64,000 bases of DNA from Amphiscolops sp. MND2022 (taxonomy: Eukaryota), in assembly GCA_964187785.1 (NCBI GenBank), contig OZ076409.1:31870001-31934000 (forward strand). Reading direction: 5' to 3'. Shown here in pieces: positions 12,894 to 26,420 of this stretch; the first letter of the stretch is position 1, and each line of letters begins with the position of its first letter. A program made the translations under genes and the position numbers. Below the pieces are notes generated by a model. That model worked only from the letters and a program-made list of their open reading frames with translations. It searched no databases and was not told where the DNA came from.

Positions 12894-13245
12894 TGAAATA
12901 ATGTACAATTTAAGTTTCATTTATTTGCTACGCAACAAATAGGGACATCAATAAAATTCAATAAATTCCATTTGAATACAATACAAGATTATTTATTGTA
13001 GAGGATAATTGTTAATCGTGTTAATCAAGGTTAATTTCACGAATCAAATACCAGAACTCCTGTAAACTCCAGCTGTTTGCGCCATGAGAAAATTTGAGCC
13101 ATCAATAGCCATTATTGCCATTATCGATGTAAACATTTGTAAACTTTATGGATTTTCTGTTTCGAACAATTAAAAAATAATAGTTTCCATTAATTTTTGA
13201 GCACCTGTGTTACCACCACTTTGTCATTGACGAACCCCCACTTCG

Positions 13246-13413
13246 TCATTGCGTTGCTTGTTTTTTATCCTACTTCCATTATGGAAATAAGATAAAAAAG
13301 CAACGCAATGTGATTTGCGCGCTGATAAGTCGTCAACGCACAATCACATTGCGTTGCTTTTTTTATTTTATTTCCATTATGGAAGTAAAATAAAAAAGCA
13401 ACGCAATGTGATT
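13246..13413. repeat. Nested palindromes (two ~65-bp hairpins forming a larger inverted repeat)
   Basis: CATTGCGTTGCTT..TTCCATTATGGAA..AAGCAACGCAATG occurs twice. Confidence 0.8.
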
Positions 13414-14144
13414 CTGAGAAAATCCATTCTTTGCCCCCATGGCCAAGCTAGAGTATTTTTTCAATTCTCACCAAGTATGTATAGTACAAAAGGGGTCTAA
13501 ATCCCGCTGAGTGCGGATTCGTCAACGGACAAACACTCAGTCACATCGTTTCTTTACATCTTTTATTCAGTCACATCTTTTATTCTCTTGCCATATACTA
13601 TATTTTCATTTGGTGGATTACCAAATAACAAGAGCAAATGAGGTGGATTGATAATGCAGGGTTGTCAAAAAATTCGCACCAATTTAAATCGCAATTCAAT
13701 TCGGGAATTAGTTCGCCGGTTTTTTCATTGATATTTTTTGTCGAAGGCCGCGTGTTGAATTGTACAAATTGTCTCACGAGAAAGCTCAGAAACGTGAGCT
13801 TATGCCAAAAAAGGCTGAAAAATTGAAATTTTTGATGCGTTTTGTTGAAATATTTAACATCCCTCGTTTTGAAAGAAATTTTCGAGAAACGGTTTTGGAA
13901 AAAAATCGATTTAAATCGCTATTTTGATTGAAAAAAAACATTAAAAACGACGTTTTTCTAGAAAGAACGTTTTTTTAACCATGTGATTATTTAATAATAC
14001 TAGTATTCTCGAAAGTATGCTCCAAAAAATTCAATAAAAAATTCATTGTAAAAATTTTTGACGCAGTGGGACAATCCTTTAAATTTACCAATTACAGCAG
14101 GAGAGTCATCCACTTCGGTCATCCACCCATGTCAGTCATCCCGG

Positions 14145-14790
14145 TTTTGGGTGGTGAATGAACCAAGTTGAGAGCTTGACATACAAGCTGTTGGTTTGGA
14201 TTCAATCAAGAGGGGGCAATCACTAATTTACTTGGTGAATAGAAACAAACAAGATTGCGGTAAAAGTCCCATCAATGCTTAGTAAATTACAGTTTCAGGT
14301 CCCACCAAGTGCTTTTTCGAAAACGTCCTATTTGTTTTTCAAACATTAACAACAGAAGCGTCAAGAAACCCTGCCAGCCCCATGAGGTGTTTGGTGGTGA
14401 ATGAACCAAGTTGAGAGCTTGGCATCCAAGCTGGCAATCAAGAGAGAGCAATCACTAATTTACATGGTAAATGGAAGCAAACACGACTGTGTTAAAAAGT
14501 CCCATCAATGCTTAATAAATTAAAGTATCAGGTCCCACCAAGTGCTTTTTCGAAAACGTCCTATTTGTTTTTCAAATATTAACAACAGAAGCGTCAAGAA
14601 ACCCCGCCAGTCCCATAAGGTGTTTGGTGGTGAATGAACCAAGTTGAAAGCTTGGCATCCAAGCTGGCAATCAAGAGAGAGCAATCACTGATTTACTTGG
14701 TGAATGAAAACAAACAACTGCGTTAAAATATCCCATCAATGCTTAGTAAAGTAGTGACAGGTCCCACCAAGTGCAACAACCAATCAAATT
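14145..14790 (+). repeat. Tandem ~240-bp repeat, about 2.7 copies, each with CAGGTCCCACCAAGTGC; ends in a CCAAT box
   Basis: GGTGGTGAATGAACCAAGTTGA recurs near 14150, 14393 and 14626. Confidence 0.85.
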
Positions 14791-15069
14791 CAAACTTTTA
14801 TCCAATTTTTTTCAACGTCATTTCTCATTCCATGAGTTAGTATTGCGTTGTTTTGTCGCCTAAGAAGGAAGAAGATTTCCAAGGCTTACAAAATACAATC
14901 AAATTCATAAGTTCATAGCAACACAAAAGTATTGATATAGCTAGTTCAAACGACACTAGCGTTGCAGATTATACTGCATAGAGCTGAAAGGATTCCAAGG
15001 AAGTCTACATTCATCAGCTGGTCAAAGAGCACATAGCAAGCCCAGTTCCGAGCTGACATCAACCCTATC

Positions 15070-15474
15070 ATGTTCAATCCCTCAGCAATGCCAATCAGGT
15101 CGTGTATTCGTCCGATAGATGAACTGCTCTCAAATTATGGACCACCACACAGAAAAAACGTGCATTTTGCCGACTCAACCACCAATCAAACCTCTCCGAC
15201 ACATCCGAGAGCTTGGAGGATCAAAAGAAGCAAACCCATTCCTGAGACAACCCCAACAACCTCGCTCACTCTAATCTCTTCTCTACGGAGTGAAAATACA
15301 AAAAGGAACAAAAAAGCAGTAACAGTCAAGTTCTCTTTCATAGAAAGAGCTATACTACCAAATGGACAAGTAATGGAGTCCGTGATATGTTTCAATGCAC
15401 CCAATGAATACTGGGAACCTGGGGCTCTGGACGACGAGCCGTGTTATATATTGAACTGCCGAACAACAAGATAG
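15070..15474 (+). CDS. 134-aa small protein with two RVxF-like motifs (RKNVHF, VTVKF); putative PP1 interactor
   Basis: ATG ORF with higher GC than the flanks; shares VxF-x8-PNG with the 76-aa ORFs at 47-48 kb. Confidence 0.55.
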   Translation: MFNPSAMPIRSCIRPIDELLSNYGPPHRKNVHFADSTTNQTSPTHPRAWRIKRSKPIPETTPTTSLTLISSLRSENTKRNKKAVTVKFSFIERAILPNGQVMESVICFNAPNEYWEPGALDDEPCYILNCRTTR

Positions 15475-16099
15475 AATTTCATGATACTATTTATCGTTTC
15501 TTGTTTACATTTTTTAAAATCAATTGACCTTTTTCATCTGATTCTCTATTTCATATTTTAAAAGCAAGCTAGCTTTGAAAGGTAGAAAGAAGAGTGGCCA
15601 CAAACAAAAACTGGAAACGGATGTTCTGCGCTCACATTTTACAAAAAATTTTGTTCCCGTTTTCTTGATTTCGGAAAAATGATGTCAATAATCCGTAATA
15701 AAAAACCATTTGAACCAAAATTCGACCCAGTGCTTAACATTTCACAACTACACCGAGTCCACGCAACTATTCCACACTAGCGGCGAAAAGTTGTCTTCGA
15801 TGAAACAGGCATTTTTGAGAAAAAGTGCAAGTTATGAGTTTGTAAAACTGTAAAGTAAGCTCACAGTTCGTAAAAAAGACAGGTTATCCAATAACGTATT
15901 GTTCGCATAACAAAGGTCCTTTTCGCTTCTCAAAACGTTTTCATATGAAATCAGGCAACAGTGATATAAAAGGAACAAACTGCAAAAATAGCAAAAGTTG
16001 TTTACTAACAAAGACAAACAAATTAAAGTTTCGAGATAGCAAAATATCAAAGGTATTATTTTTGTAGAAAACGTTTTTTTAGTATTTTTATCAAAGGAT

Positions 16100-16173
16100 C
16101 CGCCGATGCCGGGAATCGAACTCGAGACCTCATGGTTCGAAAGCTAGCACTTTTATGATTAAGCTATAGCGCC
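16100..16173 (-). pseudogene. tRNA-derived SINE head, same family as 9215
   Basis: Minus strand reads GGCGCTATAGCTTAATC...GCTAGCTTTCGAACCATGAGGTCTCGAGTTCGATTCCCGG. Confidence 0.55.
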
Positions 16174-16439
16174 TTAATATCTGTTTATTTTAATTCAATC
16201 ATATTGTGTACACGACAGAGTTCATTAAATTGAAATCCGTGAAGTCCAGTGTCTTCTGTAGTCAAGTTCGACAAGTCGTATCTCTTTCACTATTAAAGCA
16301 AGAGCAATCGAGTGGTGACTTTTCAATTCGTCGAACATTCAATTCGTCGAACACGTATTAATTTAGCGAGCATGGTATGACGTAATGGAATGAATTGATT
16401 TCGACCGATCAAATTCGAGCATTCAAAATTACGATAACG

Positions 16440-16580
16440 TAGTCAGCTATGTTCACATACTCCTAGTGCCCTAAATGCAGGAGCGAAGCGAAGTGGAGCG
16501 ACGTGCCATATTACCATGCCTCAATATTGCTACTTGGCGAAGGGAGCGAAGCGACCGAGCCATACAACAAATATGACAAT
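16440..16580 (+). repeat. Dispersed repeat with GAGCGAAGCGA motifs (also 37410-37545; partial near 27365, 43690/44250, 44560)
   Basis: Near-identical copies. Confidence 0.7.
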
Positions 16581-17484
16581 TTTTTTATCCACACGAATTG
16601 ACCAAAATAAATGTACAAAGTTCTACGAAACTTTAAGCTGCAAACTTTCGAAAAGTTCATGTTTTTTGTTTTTTATTGTTTTTTTCAAATAAATGCAAAA
16701 AAACTACAGACTCGTCAAATAAAAGCATACAACACAGTCAAATTTCAGCCATTTGATAATATGACTTCATTAAACTTCCGCCAAATCTCGTCCTTCTGTC
16801 GGGGCCTTTCAATCAAATCCGAAAGAAAGAAAAACACTTGTTCAGTAATCACTAAAACTATTATTAATAACAGAAGACACAGAAGACATTAGGTTTGTGT
16901 CATAATGATAGTGGAAAAAAAAGCAAATTGTTTTTTTCAATGCTGTTTGGAACATGTTTTTATACTTGTTTAAAACACCTGTTTAAAACAATGCCAACCT
17001 TGCTTAGAGCTGTCTTTTTCGGCACCTGTTCTTTCCAGAAAATCCCACAAGATCCCAAGAACGCAAGTTTTTTGGTTTCAGGGTTCATCTCCAACTTATG
17101 AAAAAAATACTTGGACATTTTTAAGGAAAAGTGAAATTGTTTCTCAAGCAACATGTAACTTATCATCCGGTTTTGATCTCGGATATCCGAAGAATGTTAA
17201 ACACCTGCTTTCCAGAAACATAACAGAAATTGGTATATAGCGCTTTACTCTGGATATTACGAGGGGGGATATCAATAAAATCGAAGGGGTCCTTCGGAAA
17301 CAAAAACAATTTTCAAAAAACCTGATAGCGCCTAAACAAATTGAAAGGGGGCTTCTTTAGTCTCATCTGATTTGTATGATACGTTTAAAAACTATAAAAT
17401 GAAAAAGGGGGCCTTTTCCTAAAACTTAGATTCGTTTCAAATCGGGCAGTGTATTCGGGATGAAAATCCTAGCAGTGTATATGT

Positions 17485-18015
17485 CAGGGGTTTTCAAAAA
17501 TTAATTGATGAAAAATTAATTGCAATTAATTGAGTAAATAATTGATTTGAAAGCCCCAATTAATTAAAAAGCGGATTTACTCAATAGCAATTAATTGCAA
17601 TAATTGGCCAATTTTTGACTACCTAAAATAAGACTAAGTCGCGTGCCATATTGAAAATCTCTCGTATTGGTGAGGCACCGGCAAGAGCAGCCTCTATATA
17701 TCTCCCAACTTCATTTTACCAACTTCTGATATGGTAGAACGATTTTTCAGCAATGCCGGATTTGCTTTTTCTGATTTTCGCCAAGCATTACTGCCAATAA
17801 ACTTGGAAATGCAACTCTTTTTAAAGGTTAATCACCGATTTTGGGACGATCATACTGTCGATACTGTGAAAAACTCAGTGAATATCAATGCCGAACAATT
17901 GACCAATTAATTGCAATTAATTGGTTTTAAGCCAATTATATTGGTATTAATTTTTGATTTAACAATTAATTGAAATTTAATTTTTTGTTTGAAAATTAAT
18001 TTTTCAAAATCCCTG
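17485..18015. mobile_element. hAT-type MITE, young (near-identical copy at 43716-44248)
   Basis: TIR CAGGGGTTTTCAAAAATTAA; perfect 8-bp TSD gtatatgt. Confidence 0.9.
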
Positions 18016-20215
18016 GTATATGTATTGGCGAAAATCGATGCTGTGGCACTAACAGTAACGTTTAGCTTCAAGCTAAATGTGACTGTTAGTGCCACAGCAT
18101 CGATCCCCGCATACCCACGGACTCACAACGGACGAAAGTTCGCATACCCACGGACTTATCGACTGCGCCACCATCCCCAACTTCCGCTGCTTTGCACACA
18201 TTCATAAACTTTGTAAGCAAGTACGTTATTCAATTCTTAGGAGTACATGTATTAATCAAGAGACTAACATTTGTATACATATGTACAATATTCATTTTTT
18301 GAAAGTATCAGTTTAATGAAGTTTGTTAATTCCATCGACTTTGTAAACATACATATGTACGTCAGTCAATTCTGTAAAGTATTAATTGATTCATTTTTGA
18401 AATCATAATTGATTTCATGTTCAACGCGTTTCCTCTCCTGTTGAACTGGGAAGAACCGACAGAAAGCCCCTGTAACCTCTTTTTTCCCACGGTTGGATCT
18501 TTTAGGTGATATGTCTAACAAAACAATACACATCAAATCTCAACCCAATCACATTGCGTTTCCTTCGCTCAGTCCTATTCCAATTTTTGTCAATTTTCAC
18601 TGTCTCATAGGAGGTCCCACCTTTTATGTCCCACCTATTGCCTGTTCCACCAAAGTTTATTTAAAAAGGGGTCAATGTCCCACTAAGTCTGCTTTCCTCA
18701 GAACACACACAATCCTCTAAGAGTTTTCACTCAGATTCAATTCTCAGTTGTTTTCGTTGAGAAACATTTCTCAGGAACCCTGATCACATTGTAATTATTT
18801 TAGAACATATTTCAAAAGAAACGATACAAAGATAACCAGCACTTGAAACCATACCGTATATATTGCCAGACAATTCAATTGGCAGACGACGCAATAGGTT
18901 ATGGCAGAATGTTTTTGGCTGGTGGAAAATTTGTATTTCGAGATTCGAAAATAAAATATTATTCCATCATCCTAAAAAGAAATAGTTTTATTTTACATTT
19001 ACATAATAGCCTCTTACAATGGGACAAAATGAGGACAGTTGCTGAGAGCCAGCAGTTGATACACCAAGACCCACCAGGGCCTAGTAAAAATATCCTTTAT
19101 AACAATATTTTTTATATCATATTTATTTTCCATAATATTGTTACATACTTGGTACCCTTAGTATCTCACTGCGCATGAGCGTCGTATTTTAAATACTCAA
19201 TGGGTTCGAGAAGCAATGGAAAGTCTTTATCAACCGCATTGTAGACAGACGCTTCAACTATTTTTTTTTCTAAACGAACTGTCACTTTCTATTTTAGCCT
19301 CGGTGGTGTCCTTAAAATGTTCCAAACCCTTTTGAATTTCTGAGGCTGGTGTTCTTATAAAAGTATTTTTATAAAAACTAGGTGAAGTCGATTCACTGTA
19401 GTGTATGTTATAATCAATCAATAACAGTATTTTAAAATAGTTCTATCAACAAAACACATGTAGAATCAAATAAATAATTATGATAAAACGCAAATAGTTG
19501 ATAAATAATTTCTACTTGTATTTTAAAACGCAATTCTACTACATTTCCATTATACATGCTACTTTATTTCCACTACATACATAGACAATTTACCAAATTG
19601 ACCCACTATATGAATCAATCATAACAAAAACAACAACATGTTAGAATGACGCTTTATGGACAAAACGAGGTCAATCACCGAAGAAATGTATCTTTCTTAG
19701 TGGGACATACAACGATGATATCAACTTCTCCGTCTCATTCCGAGGATCTTGTTCATACCTGATCAAAAACCTGTTCAAATCATGGTACTTGGTGGAGCAT
19801 AAGGTGGGGATATGCAGTAGTGATTCTAGAAGAAGCAACATAGCACGCGGAAAGAAAGCAAATAAACATATCTCATTGGCCGATCAAGGTCTCACGCGCT
19901 CATTTCATTGGTCGAGAGCAACTTGCAAAACATCATGTTTTAGTTTTTTGAAATTTTGACCCACTTACAATTTTTTGATTTCAAATAGTTTTCGACTTTG
20001 CTGTTCCTAATTACTTGATTATCTATTGCCGGTTAGGTTACCAAAGTAATTCACTTTGAACTATATCACAACTGAACATCGAATAATTACTCGCGAGTAA
20101 TTTTAACACAATTGTGGCTAGCACGCTTTTGGAAGGGGTGCTGTGGGATTCCAGTTCTTTCTCATTCTCTTTGAACTCAGTCTGTTTAGTCTAGTCTGTA
20201 ACACCTAATCTACTG

Positions 20216-20560
20216 ATGCCTTGCCACAAATTATTTTTGAACTTACAGTGGGTAGTTCCACAAGAGCTTAAAAACCTCGATATTGAGGTAGTTACAATCA
20301 CAAAAATATATTGGACCTTCAGAGAAAAAGTCATCAGAGTTTGTTTCTTTGGAATCCAATTCAACCGCTCTCATCCGCTACCCGTGAAAAAGACCCCAAC
20401 CAAATTCAACATACACCTTCACCCACAGTCAAAAAGTTTCAAGGACTTGTACGACGTGCGGGGCTACCATGCTCTGGACAACAAGGATCCACTACTGGAA
20501 GAACTGCTGTGCTTTATGTCCAGCATCAAGGAGATTTCTTTCGAAAAACTCTTTGACTAG
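20216..20560 (+). CDS. Possible small protein or exon of unknown function (~114 aa)
   Basis: Open frame with protein-like composition, TTACAG acceptor near 20248, upstream GTGGGA and ATTGG motifs. Confidence 0.3.
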   Translation: MPCHKLFLNLQWVVPQELKNLDIEVVTITKIYWTFREKVIRVCFFGIQFNRSHPLPVKKTPTKFNIHLHPQSKSFKDLYDVRGYHALDNKDPLLEELLCFMSSIKEISFEKLFD

Positions 20561-21225
20561 TCTTTGGACGAATCATTCTTTAACATAAAACTCTAATTGC
20601 ACGCACACTTTGTGTTTTTTTTGTTTCCATTTAAAAAAATGGTGTAATTGTTTCATATATTTGTTCAGTTGATTTTCTGTTTTAGTAGAAACTTTTTGAA
20701 ACAAATGGTATTGATTATTTGATTATTGACATTTAACAAAATATTGTAATAATTTATTCAGCAGGCCAAAAAATATTAAATTATTGCTGCGTAAAAGCAA
20801 TAGTATTGCAATATTTTATTGCGTATCCCAGTTCGTGACACCCTACCACATGGTTCAAGGTAATTTAAGTTTTGAAATCAAAATATGCTCTTTTCTGTTA
20901 CTTCCCCCATAGTAAGCGCAAAAATTTTAATTCAATTTTTAAAGAGATGCAGTTACTAGATATATACCTACCTCATGAACCTCGATTACCTATAAAACTG
21001 GACCCTATCCGAACGCAGCAGCAAAGCAGCATTTTGTGGTAGTTATAATCAGATCCAGGAAAGAAATTATAAAGAAACGCAATGTGGTTGAGCATGAAAA
21101 GGTGTTATATTGACCGAAAAAATCACTTCAATGAAAATAACTGCAAGCAATCAATAACAATAATTTATTTTTGAGATCGTGGAATAAAGATCATTCGCCC
21201 CCTCGATTAGAAGCCGCATTAAGCA

Positions 21226-21705
21226 CAGGGGCTCCAAAAAAATAATTTTTCATCGAAATTATTTTAATAAATTATTTTTTTTTGATTTTTTCATAAAAAT
21301 CGTTTATTTTTTGAAGTTAGAAATAAAAATAATTTATTTCTTTCAGATCCATTATTGAAATTTGTCGTGACCACCGCCATTTGAGTGCAGCCATTGTGTC
21401 TGTGACCGCGGAGAGGACGAATTAACAAGCGAAAGACTTTTCAGCAGTTCACACCTGACGCAGGGGTATCTGAGACAAAACATGACCCCCATGCATCTTG
21501 AAGGATCTGTTTTTCTATTTGTAAATAGATCATTCTGGGATGTGCAAACTGTCGAAAAAACAATTTAATTTTTCTGCATTTTGCCATAATGGCCATTATT
21601 TATTTTTAATGCTGAGAAATCAAAATTATTTTTTTCCGTACGAGAAATAAAAATTATTCATTTTTGGAGTGCCATATTATGACCATTATTTTTTCGGAGC
21701 CCCTG
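21226..21705. mobile_element. hAT-type MITE
   Basis: TIR CAGGGGCTCC; TSD attaagca/actaagca; empty sites in paralogous modules near 33965 and 41047. Confidence 0.85.
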
Positions 21706-22514
21706 ACTAAGCATGAAAATTGTATCATAAAAGCCATAGCTTACTGTATTTCTTCGAATATAAGCAGCGAAATCACTGCAGAAAAAGGTAAAAAATACGG
21801 TAAAAATAATTTGGTTCGTTGTGATGGGAATTGAACTGATAAAGAAACGCCATGTGACTGAGCATGAAAATTTCATTCATTCATTCTCAACCTACAGCTA
21901 GCTTGTTGCAAAGCTGGAGGATTGAACGAATGAAAAGAAACGCAATGTGATTGAGCATGCTTTTGTGATTAGCGTACGTGTAATGGGTCTGCCTTGTTTT
22001 ATTTATTTAATTTATTTACTTCTAATTTTGAACTGACGAGTTGCATCAAAGTCTAGCTGCTTCTAAAACTGTTGTTTACTGAACACGCCTGCTTTGGTGG
22101 AATAAGACACATGGTCCTAAAGTTTAACCGCATGTTCCTTTAAATATTCTGTTCTCCAGGGTTGGAAATGTAACTGAAAGTAATTTGAACATCCAAAAGA
22201 TCAGATACTTTTGTTTCTCCGCCTGATGTTTTGATACGTCTTTCTCGTAATAAAGTATTTCATTTCAAAAATGAACCGTTTTTGTTTCAATGTTATACCA
22301 AAAGGGGACATTGGCTCAGATATCTACAGATAGACGACAGGAGATACCTACCTCATGAACTTAGATTTTATTGAAAAATTCTGCCAGAGTGTTTAACTTT
22401 GGTGATCTGACAAGCGGAAGCTGTTGCACTGAGCCATATTCCCCTACATAAGGTAAACTAAATTCAATATTAATAGCTTAGCTCATACCATACTGTTATA
22501 TTGATGATGTAGTA

Positions 22515-22968
22515 CAGTAGCGTTCTAAAATATCGCTGCTCCAATGCTCAAAATTGCAAATTTCAAATCGAAATTTCTTTGAAACTGTCACAAATACAAA
22601 AAAGTGTCAGCTAGGGAAGTTTCTTAGAATTTTATCTAGTTTACGAAAATGTTTGTTTGAAATTTTTGCGACAAAAATTACAAAAGTTAGGAAATGGAAA
22701 TTTTGACAAAATTTAATCAAATTTGTACTTTTTCTGTACAAAGTTTGTACACAAAATTGAAAATATATTTTTGAAAAATTTTCAGTCAATCGTTTGCAGA
22801 TTCAGTTAACTTTTTCTCGCAGAACTTTCAAACAAACATTTTTGTTAAATAGATAAAATTCTAACAAACTTTCCTAGCCGGCAAAATTTCGTCTTCGTGG
22901 CAGTTTGTGAGATATTTGATTTTGAATTTTGCCATTTTATGCTATGAGGTTGCGATATTTTAGAACTG
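22515..22968. mobile_element. Tc1/mariner-type MITE of the CAGTAGCGTTCTAAAATATCGC family
   Basis: Inverted ends flanked by TA; same ends as 41375-42635 and 46774-49006. Confidence 0.65.
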
Positions 22969-25895
22969 TACTCGAAAAGAAGAAGAACTCGAAATCACAT
23001 CGCGTTGCTATTTCACCGAAGTTACGCGAAATCACATCGCGTTGCTATTTCACCGAAGTTACGCGAAATCACATCGCGTTGCTATTTCACCGAAGTTACG
23101 CGAAATCACATCGCGTTGCTATTTCAATTGGGAATTACACACCCCTCAACACGAAATTACATTTTGTTCTTGAATAAAAACATTTCACTAATGAGCAAAT
23201 AACAAAAACTAAATTAGTTTCAAAAACCATAAAAATGAAACCAGTTCCAAATAAAAACGTTTACAAGAAAGTTTTCAGAACCATGTGTCTTTTTCAATCC
23301 CCCTTCTATACACCTTGCTTCGAAACGGCCCCAACAACAAAAAACAAAGTTTTTTCTTGAAAAAATATATTGCACTATTAGGAGAATAATATATATGAAC
23401 GTAAATACTTAGAGGATTGACGTGACAGAGGCTTTTCGACAAATTAGTGTTTGAAACTTGTGTCTTAACCCGCGGTCGCTTCGGGGGAAATAGGACAAAT
23501 GGTCTAGTTTTAGTTGCCTAAAGCATTCACAATTCAAAAGATTTGCTGAAAAAATGAAAATTACAGATAAAATTTAGTGATTTTCTCGGAATTCCAAAAA
23601 CCTGGAATTTGGTTTTATTTTTATGCTAAATGAATTTAATTTCATTTTGTAAATGGTAAGTGGGACTAATTTTGTTGTGATGAGAACTGAACTGATAAAG
23701 AAACACAATCTGTACCTGAGATTTGAAAATTGAATTTATACCAAGGAAGTTCATTCAATTTACACTTATTGAACTTTTACTTCTTTTATTGTTCTTGATA
23801 TAGGGGGGGCTTATATGACGAACATACCGTAAATCAACAATTTCCCTTTCAAAATTGGCGAGGCGGGCTTATACGGAGGGGGGGCTTATTTGCCGGGATA
23901 TACGGTATGATCTAAAAGAAACGCAATGTGGTTGATATTGAATGCAAACTTTTGGGATATCAAACATGTTGCGTCTCTGTGCCAATAATTTTATTTTGTG
24001 AAAAATAGTTTAACTTCGTCATCGAAAAATTTTCGTTGAGGTGAAAATGTGATAGAGAATTGATTTGTATTGTTTCACTAGAAGTTCTACTGAAACAATA
24101 CAAATCAAATCTATCACATTGCGTTTCTTCAAGATCATACGTCTAGTGAAACAATACACATCTAATCTCAATCATATCGCGTTTCTCTCTCTACGTTAAC
24201 TCAAACAAGATCCCACCTTTTTTGTCCCACCAAATGCCCGTCCCACCAAGGCATAATAAAAAGGGGTCTATGTCCCACTAAGTCTGGTTTCCTCAACACA
24301 ATCCACTAAGTATTTACAACAGTGTTGGCATGTTTTAAAACAGACTGTTTTAAAACAGTTTTAAAACACTGTTTTAAAACGTTTTAAAACGTTTAAAGTG
24401 TATTAGAATACTTTTAAACGTTTTTTATCCAACCTTGATTTACAATCATGTAATAGTCTCTTTTATGTCAAATAACTTGACCAATAAGGGACCTTTATAT
24501 GAATGACTTTTCTTGTTTGGGGAAAAATTATCTTCAAAGAAATCAAGTTCCATACATATTGGCTGTACCAGCACTAAACGTTGGTAGTTTGAACTCTGCT
24601 GTATGAGACTTAGGTATGAAAGTGTATGAATAGGTTGTACTTCAAAAAGCCTGGTTGGAGTAATCATACTACGCGAGGAAGTGGAGAGGAACATTGCTCT
24701 CAACATCGCTGCATTTTTTCCACCGTGGAGGCGATTGAAACATCAACAATCACAGTGGTATCTATTCCATGAACCATGTCGGTTGCTCCTACCGTGGTTC
24801 GAACCACCATTTCACTATGCAGCTAGTGTGAGAGCAATCTTTCGCGCAACCGACTACTCCAACAAGACCTTGAAGCATCTGCTCGTGTTGCAGCTCATAT
24901 AGCAATTTTATTGCGAAATAATAAATATATAAGAACGCTGCAGCCAACAGCATTTTGTGGTAGTTCTAATCAGGGGTGCGCAATTTTACATTTATATTCT
25001 TCATACTGCATTGTTTCTTTTAGATCATATTTCCACAGTAGTGTTCTGACGTTCTAAAATATCGCAACTTTATTGCTTATAATGTCAAAATTCAAACCCA
25101 AATATCTGGTAAACTGTCACGAAAATTAAGTAACGTAGAATCAAAATTTTCAGATTTTTTTTCATCCGGACACTCGCTATATTTTCCCCAACCTACTGAT
25201 GTTTTCATCGGGAATTTGTTTCGAAATACAATATATTTTGTGTCTATGAGCACTGAAGTACATGTATTAAGTTAGGGTATAAGAATTGTTTTTAGAAAGC
25301 TGACAATTTTGATTTGAAATCGAAGAAGCTTTTCAATCCATCTATATCAGCATCCTGACGATACTTGGCGGCAACTTATCCACAAAAATTTGCACTTTTT
25401 TTGTCGCAGAAAATTCAGATAATTTTGTAAACTAGATAAATTTCAAAGAAACTTTCCTTGCTGACATTTTTTGTATTTGTGGCAATTTTCAAGAAAATTG
25501 CCTTTCATTTTTAACAACCGTGACTTACATTTATTTAGATCATATTTCTAGTGAAACAATAAACATCGGACCATGTCATCTATCCCCCCAGGTACACCTT
25601 GTTGGAAATTTCCCACCCAACACGAAAGCAAATTTTCTTCTGGAATAAGAATATTTCACTAATAATATTTCACTTATGCTTATACTTAAAGGATTGTCTC
25701 TACAACTAATTGGACACTTCAGGTAAAAAAATCCATAATTTTTTTGATATTATTGTCCAAAATAGCATAAATTCCGACTCCTAAAAATTGTAAAAAATGC
25801 CGGAAATAAGTTCATCAAAACTGAATTTTAACTCAAATCAGTATTATAGCAGCAACGTGCTAATTAAAGAAGTCACTGTGGCAACTAAGGTCATT

Positions 25896-26046
25896 GACAG
25901 TTCGGGGAAGGTGCGAATTTGTTGAAGCAAAAGTTGTGACATTATGCTCGGTTGCCAAAATGCGAAGCGAGTCGCTTCGCATAGCAGCAACCGAGCATAA
26001 CGTCACAACTTTTGCTTAAACAAATTCGCACCTTCCCCGAACTGTC
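25896..26046. repeat. Near-perfect 151-bp hairpin (relative with a different core at 44764-44899)
   Basis: GACAGTTCGGGGAAGGTGCGAATTTG...CAAATTCGCACCTTCCCCGAACTGTC. Confidence 0.9.
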
Positions 26047-26342
26047 GCTTCAGGCGACCGAGCCACACTACAAGTTTGCTATTCTTCCAAAGTTCCATGC
26101 ATATTAGCTGTAACAGCACTAAAAGCTAATTTGATTTTCTGCTGTAGTTGAATCCTGCTGTATGGGACCAAACTTTCATTTTCTGCTGCCCCCACACGGC
26201 ACGTTGTTAAACATTACGTTGTATAACTGTAGGAAACGCAAAGTTTCATGTGAATGAGAACATATTGTGTCGGGCACAAATAACAGCTGAGATTACAAAT
26301 CTAAACGAAAAGTTACTTTTGCCCAGTAAAATTAAGTTTTAG

Positions 26343-26420
26343 AGAGGCTCTCAGTTAGGGGATCACATAGTGTCGCCCATAACAAGACCCACGCCGAGAA
26401 CGTGGCCTCTGAAGGGTCTC
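26343..26420 (-). ncRNA. HDV-like self-cleaving ribozyme, copy 1
   Basis: P1 GAGACCC/GGGUCUU with G1-U wobble, P2 AGAGGCC/G(A)GCCUCU, P3 ACG/CGU, L3 UUCUCGG, P4 hairpin, J4/2 CUGA. Confidence 0.75.

Noticed and set aside
24654..24863. RNase P/MRP RNA
   Set aside because: A GACTA + P1-like end is present, but CR-I, II, III and V consensus and spacing are not met.
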